A stretch of DNA of 61,849 nt, counting the filler, from Collodictyon triciliatum (taxonomy: Eukaryota), in assembly GCA_043381765.1 (NCBI GenBank). It is 4 parts of 4 records of this genome, joined end to end, with 100 filler letters (N's around TTAATTAATTAA, not from the genome) between each part and the next. Parts side by side here need not be neighbours in the genome. Positions count along the whole stretch, not along the records: positions 56,848 to 61,849 come from JBHJMP010000359.1; 3 more parts are not named here. One strand, given 5' to 3'. The notes below the pieces were generated by a model, which saw nothing but the letters and a program-made list of their open reading frames with translations, ran no database searches and was not told the DNA's origin. Every line of letters begins with the position of its first letter. Positions within the stretch are counted from its first letter, which is position 1. A program made the position numbers and the translations under genes. Below are positions 59,390 to 61,849 of the stretch, piece after piece.

Positions 59390-61255
59390 TTACATACTGC
59401 AAAGCAATGATTCAGACTCTGCGTCGTTCTGGGCCATGGCCTTCTCCAAGTACGCGACTGCCTCGGATAAGCTGAGAGGGATATTATCTCCCTTAAGATA
59501 TCTTTCAGCCAAGTTTCTCTGAGAATTAACGTAGCCTTTCTCTGCTGCTTTAATTCCATAGACAGTCGACTGGAAGTGGGACGTCTTGAGGCCCCAGCCC
59601 CTCCGATAGCACACACTCAGATTGTTTAGCGCCACGGCATTGTTTTGCCCAGCGGCCTTGTGGAACCATCGAGCACCTTCATTTCGGTCGGAAGTCACTC
59701 CTTGGCCGCTGGCATAGCAGAATCCCAGTGTGCATTGGGCGTCAGAAAAGCCTTGCTCGGCTGCTTTCTTGTACCACACAAAAGCCGTTTCAGCGTTGGG
59801 CTCCACGCCCGTACCATTTGTAAAGCATAGGGCCAAATTATGCTGTGCTCGAACGTGATCTTTCTCTGCTGCCTTTTTATACCAGTGGACCGCCTTCTCA
59901 AAATCCTGTGCAACACCTTTCCCTTTTTCAAAGCACACACCCACGTTATTCTGCGCCCCTGTGTTCCCTTGCTCGGCAGCCTTCAAGTACCACTCAAAAG
60001 CCTTGTGTGGGTTTGATTCAATCCCAATTCCATGGTCATAACACCACCCGATGTTGTTCTGGGCGTTTGGGTTCCCTTGTTCCGCTGCTTTTCGATACCA
60101 AAACACAGCCTGCTTAAAGTCAGGTTCCTGTGGTATCGTACCGACTCCGTGGTAGAAGCAGTCGCCGATGCAGTTTTGCGCGTCGCTGTTTCCTTGGTCG
60201 GCAGCACGATGGTACCAATGGATGGCAGCCTTCTCATCACGGGTGATCCCCTTTCCGTTCTCATAGCACCAACCAAGGTTGCATTGAGAGCCACTATTTC
60301 CTTGCTCAGCGGCTTTTCGGTACCAGTAAACAGCCTGTTCATAATCCATCTCCACTCCTTGTCCGTTGTAATAACAGGTTCCAAGATAGCTTTGGGCACT
60401 TGCGTTTCCTTTGATTATTGCCTTTCTATACCAAAACAAAGCTGTCCCATAATCCTGGCCCACACCTTGGCCGTGGTCATAGCACAGACCAAAGTTGGAT
60501 TGGGCGTAAGGATCTTCTTGCTTTGCTGCCTGTTCGTAATACTCAAAGGCAAGCGAGTAGTTCTGTGGGGTTCCCTGGCCTTTCTCATGGCAAATGCCCA
60601 GATTGTTTAGAGCATTGACATGTCCACGAGCAGCCGCCCGCCCGAGCCAATAGAAAGCTTGCTGGAAGTCCTTTGTAATTCCTTGGCCGTTGTAATAGCA
60701 AAGACCGATAGTTCGTTCGGCATAGAGATTTCCCTTCTGAGCTGCTTGGATATATCCTTGAGTTGCGGTTGTGTGCTCATCATAGAGCAGATCCCGCAGG
60801 TAGCTCTTCAAAAAGATGCAGTGCAAATCAAAGGCGTCCGAGGGCGAGAGTGGCTCTGATTCGAAGCTACCAGAAACACTTGGGAGAGAGTTTACTGAGT
60901 GGGGCGAGCAATCCATCATGTCAGACGGGCTTAAGTGGGTTCTAATCCACTCGATGGTCTCCAGGTCCCTTTGGCCTTGAAGAGGACTGAAGTTTTTGAG
61001 CAGCTGATAGTTTTCCTCCATCATGTCGGTCTCTCTTGGGGATGGAATGAGTCTGGGCTGGAAAAAGTATACTGCGCGCAGGCAGATCAGCACAAGCGGC
61101 GTTTTTCCGCACTCAGGCGCGGCTTGCAAAGTCATGAGGGTGCTGTGAACTTGATCGGCATCATACCGGACCATGAGTTGCAGGCAGCGGCCAAACTGCA
61201 AGAGGATTTCGTGCGGATATGCCTCGAGAGAAGGAGCAGCGGGCTCTTGGGCCAT
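59390..61255 (-). CDS. Sel1-like repeat protein (~12 SLRs), long single exon
   Basis: Repeated AQxNLGxCYxxGxGVxxDxxxAxxWYxKAAEQG units. A possible donor (TGC A|GTATGT) just before the stop means a further 3' exon cannot be excluded. Confidence 0.9.
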   Translation of the reverse strand: MAQEPAAPSLEAYPHEILLQFGRCLQLMVRYDADQVHSTLMTLQAAPECGKTPLVLICLRAVYFFQPRLIPSPRETDMMEENYQLLKNFSPLQGQRDLETIEWIRTHLSPSDMMDCSPHSVNSLPSVSGSFESEPLSPSDAFDLHCIFLKSYLRDLLYDEHTTATQGYIQAAQKGNLYAERTIGLCYYNGQGITKDFQQAFYWLGRAAARGHVNALNNLGICHEKGQGTPQNYSLAFEYYEQAAKQEDPYAQSNFGLCYDHGQGVGQDYGTALFWYRKAIIKGNASAQSYLGTCYYNGQGVEMDYEQAVYWYRKAAEQGNSGSQCNLGWCYENGKGITRDEKAAIHWYHRAADQGNSDAQNCIGDCFYHGVGTIPQEPDFKQAVFWYRKAAEQGNPNAQNNIGWCYDHGIGIESNPHKAFEWYLKAAEQGNTGAQNNVGVCFEKGKGVAQDFEKAVHWYKKAAEKDHVRAQHNLALCFTNGTGVEPNAETAFVWYKKAAEQGFSDAQCTLGFCYASGQGVTSDRNEGARWFHKAAGQNNAVALNNLSVCYRRGWGLKTSHFQSTVYGIKAAEKGYVNSQRNLAERYLKGDNIPLSLSEAVAYLEKAMAQNDAESESLLCSM

Positions 61256-61849
61256 GGGCGTTTTGATCTGTTTTGCTTCTCTTGGTTGGATCGTTTGATC
61301 GGTTGAGCGTTTCGTTTTGAATACCTTGAGCTATGGGTTTGAAGGTGGGGCAGGAATCAAGGGGCAGGACGGTGGGCCTATTAGGATTGATTTGGCTGTT
61401 AGGGTTGTTACGGCGGTTTTGTCTTGGGCTGATCTGCAAGCTTCCTTACTTGCATTCTTGTTTCTTTCATTGTTTCTTACTAGTTTCCTTTTTCCTTTTT
61501 TCCTTTTTTTCCTTTTTCCTTTTTCCTTTTTTCTTTTTTTTTTTATCTGAAAGCGTGCGCGTTCTGGCGTCCGAATCGTTCGTTGTGTAAAACTGCGCAA
61601 AGACATCGCAAGTTGGTTGAACTACTCGCGCATGATGTTTTGAGTTGGCCGCAAGAAGTAGCGTTTGGTGGTACGGGGATATTGGTTTACAGATTGTTTA
61701 TTCTGTTCTTTGTCATGACAAAACCAAACCAAACCAAACCAAACAAAAACAACAAATAAACAAATAAACAAATAAACAAATAAACAAATAAACAAATAAA
61801 CAAATAAACAAATAAACAAATAAACAAATAAACAAATAAACAAATAAAC

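Overview
Eukaryotic (protist-like, flagellated since it encodes IFT172) nuclear DNA with intron-rich genes and microsatellite-filled AT-rich introns. The window is four unrelated contigs joined by artificial N44-TTAATTAATTAA-N44 linkers (1-10641, 10742-34912, 35013-56747, 56848-61849). Manual exon reconstruction supports about 15 protein genes: a CaaX-tailed PP2C, a DOMON-cytochrome b561, a secreted WD40+FG-GAP double propeller, an EDEM-like GH47 mannosidase, a SNAP-25-type SNARE, an intronless pentapeptide-WD40 protein, a DOCK N-terminal/DHR-1 gene, a ZZ/MIB-HERC2/SH3-like repeat protein, a COG0523 GTPase, a Rel/STAT-like+IPT putative transcription factor, NVL/Rix7, partial IFT172, a Sel1-repeat protein and two hypotheticals. 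The most notable signals are invisible in the ORF track. (1) A non-coding, spliced snoRNA host gene with two intronic box C/D snoRNAs (one a clear U18/SNORD18 homolog) under a near-palindromic core promoter. (2) A U12-type AT-AC intron in NVL. (3) A dispersed ~25-nt A-tailed micro-retroposon (ACTTTGAATCGAATAAAGG-An) with 16-19 bp target-site duplications and an apparently fixed 5' end. All calls were made by eye; no database searches were run.
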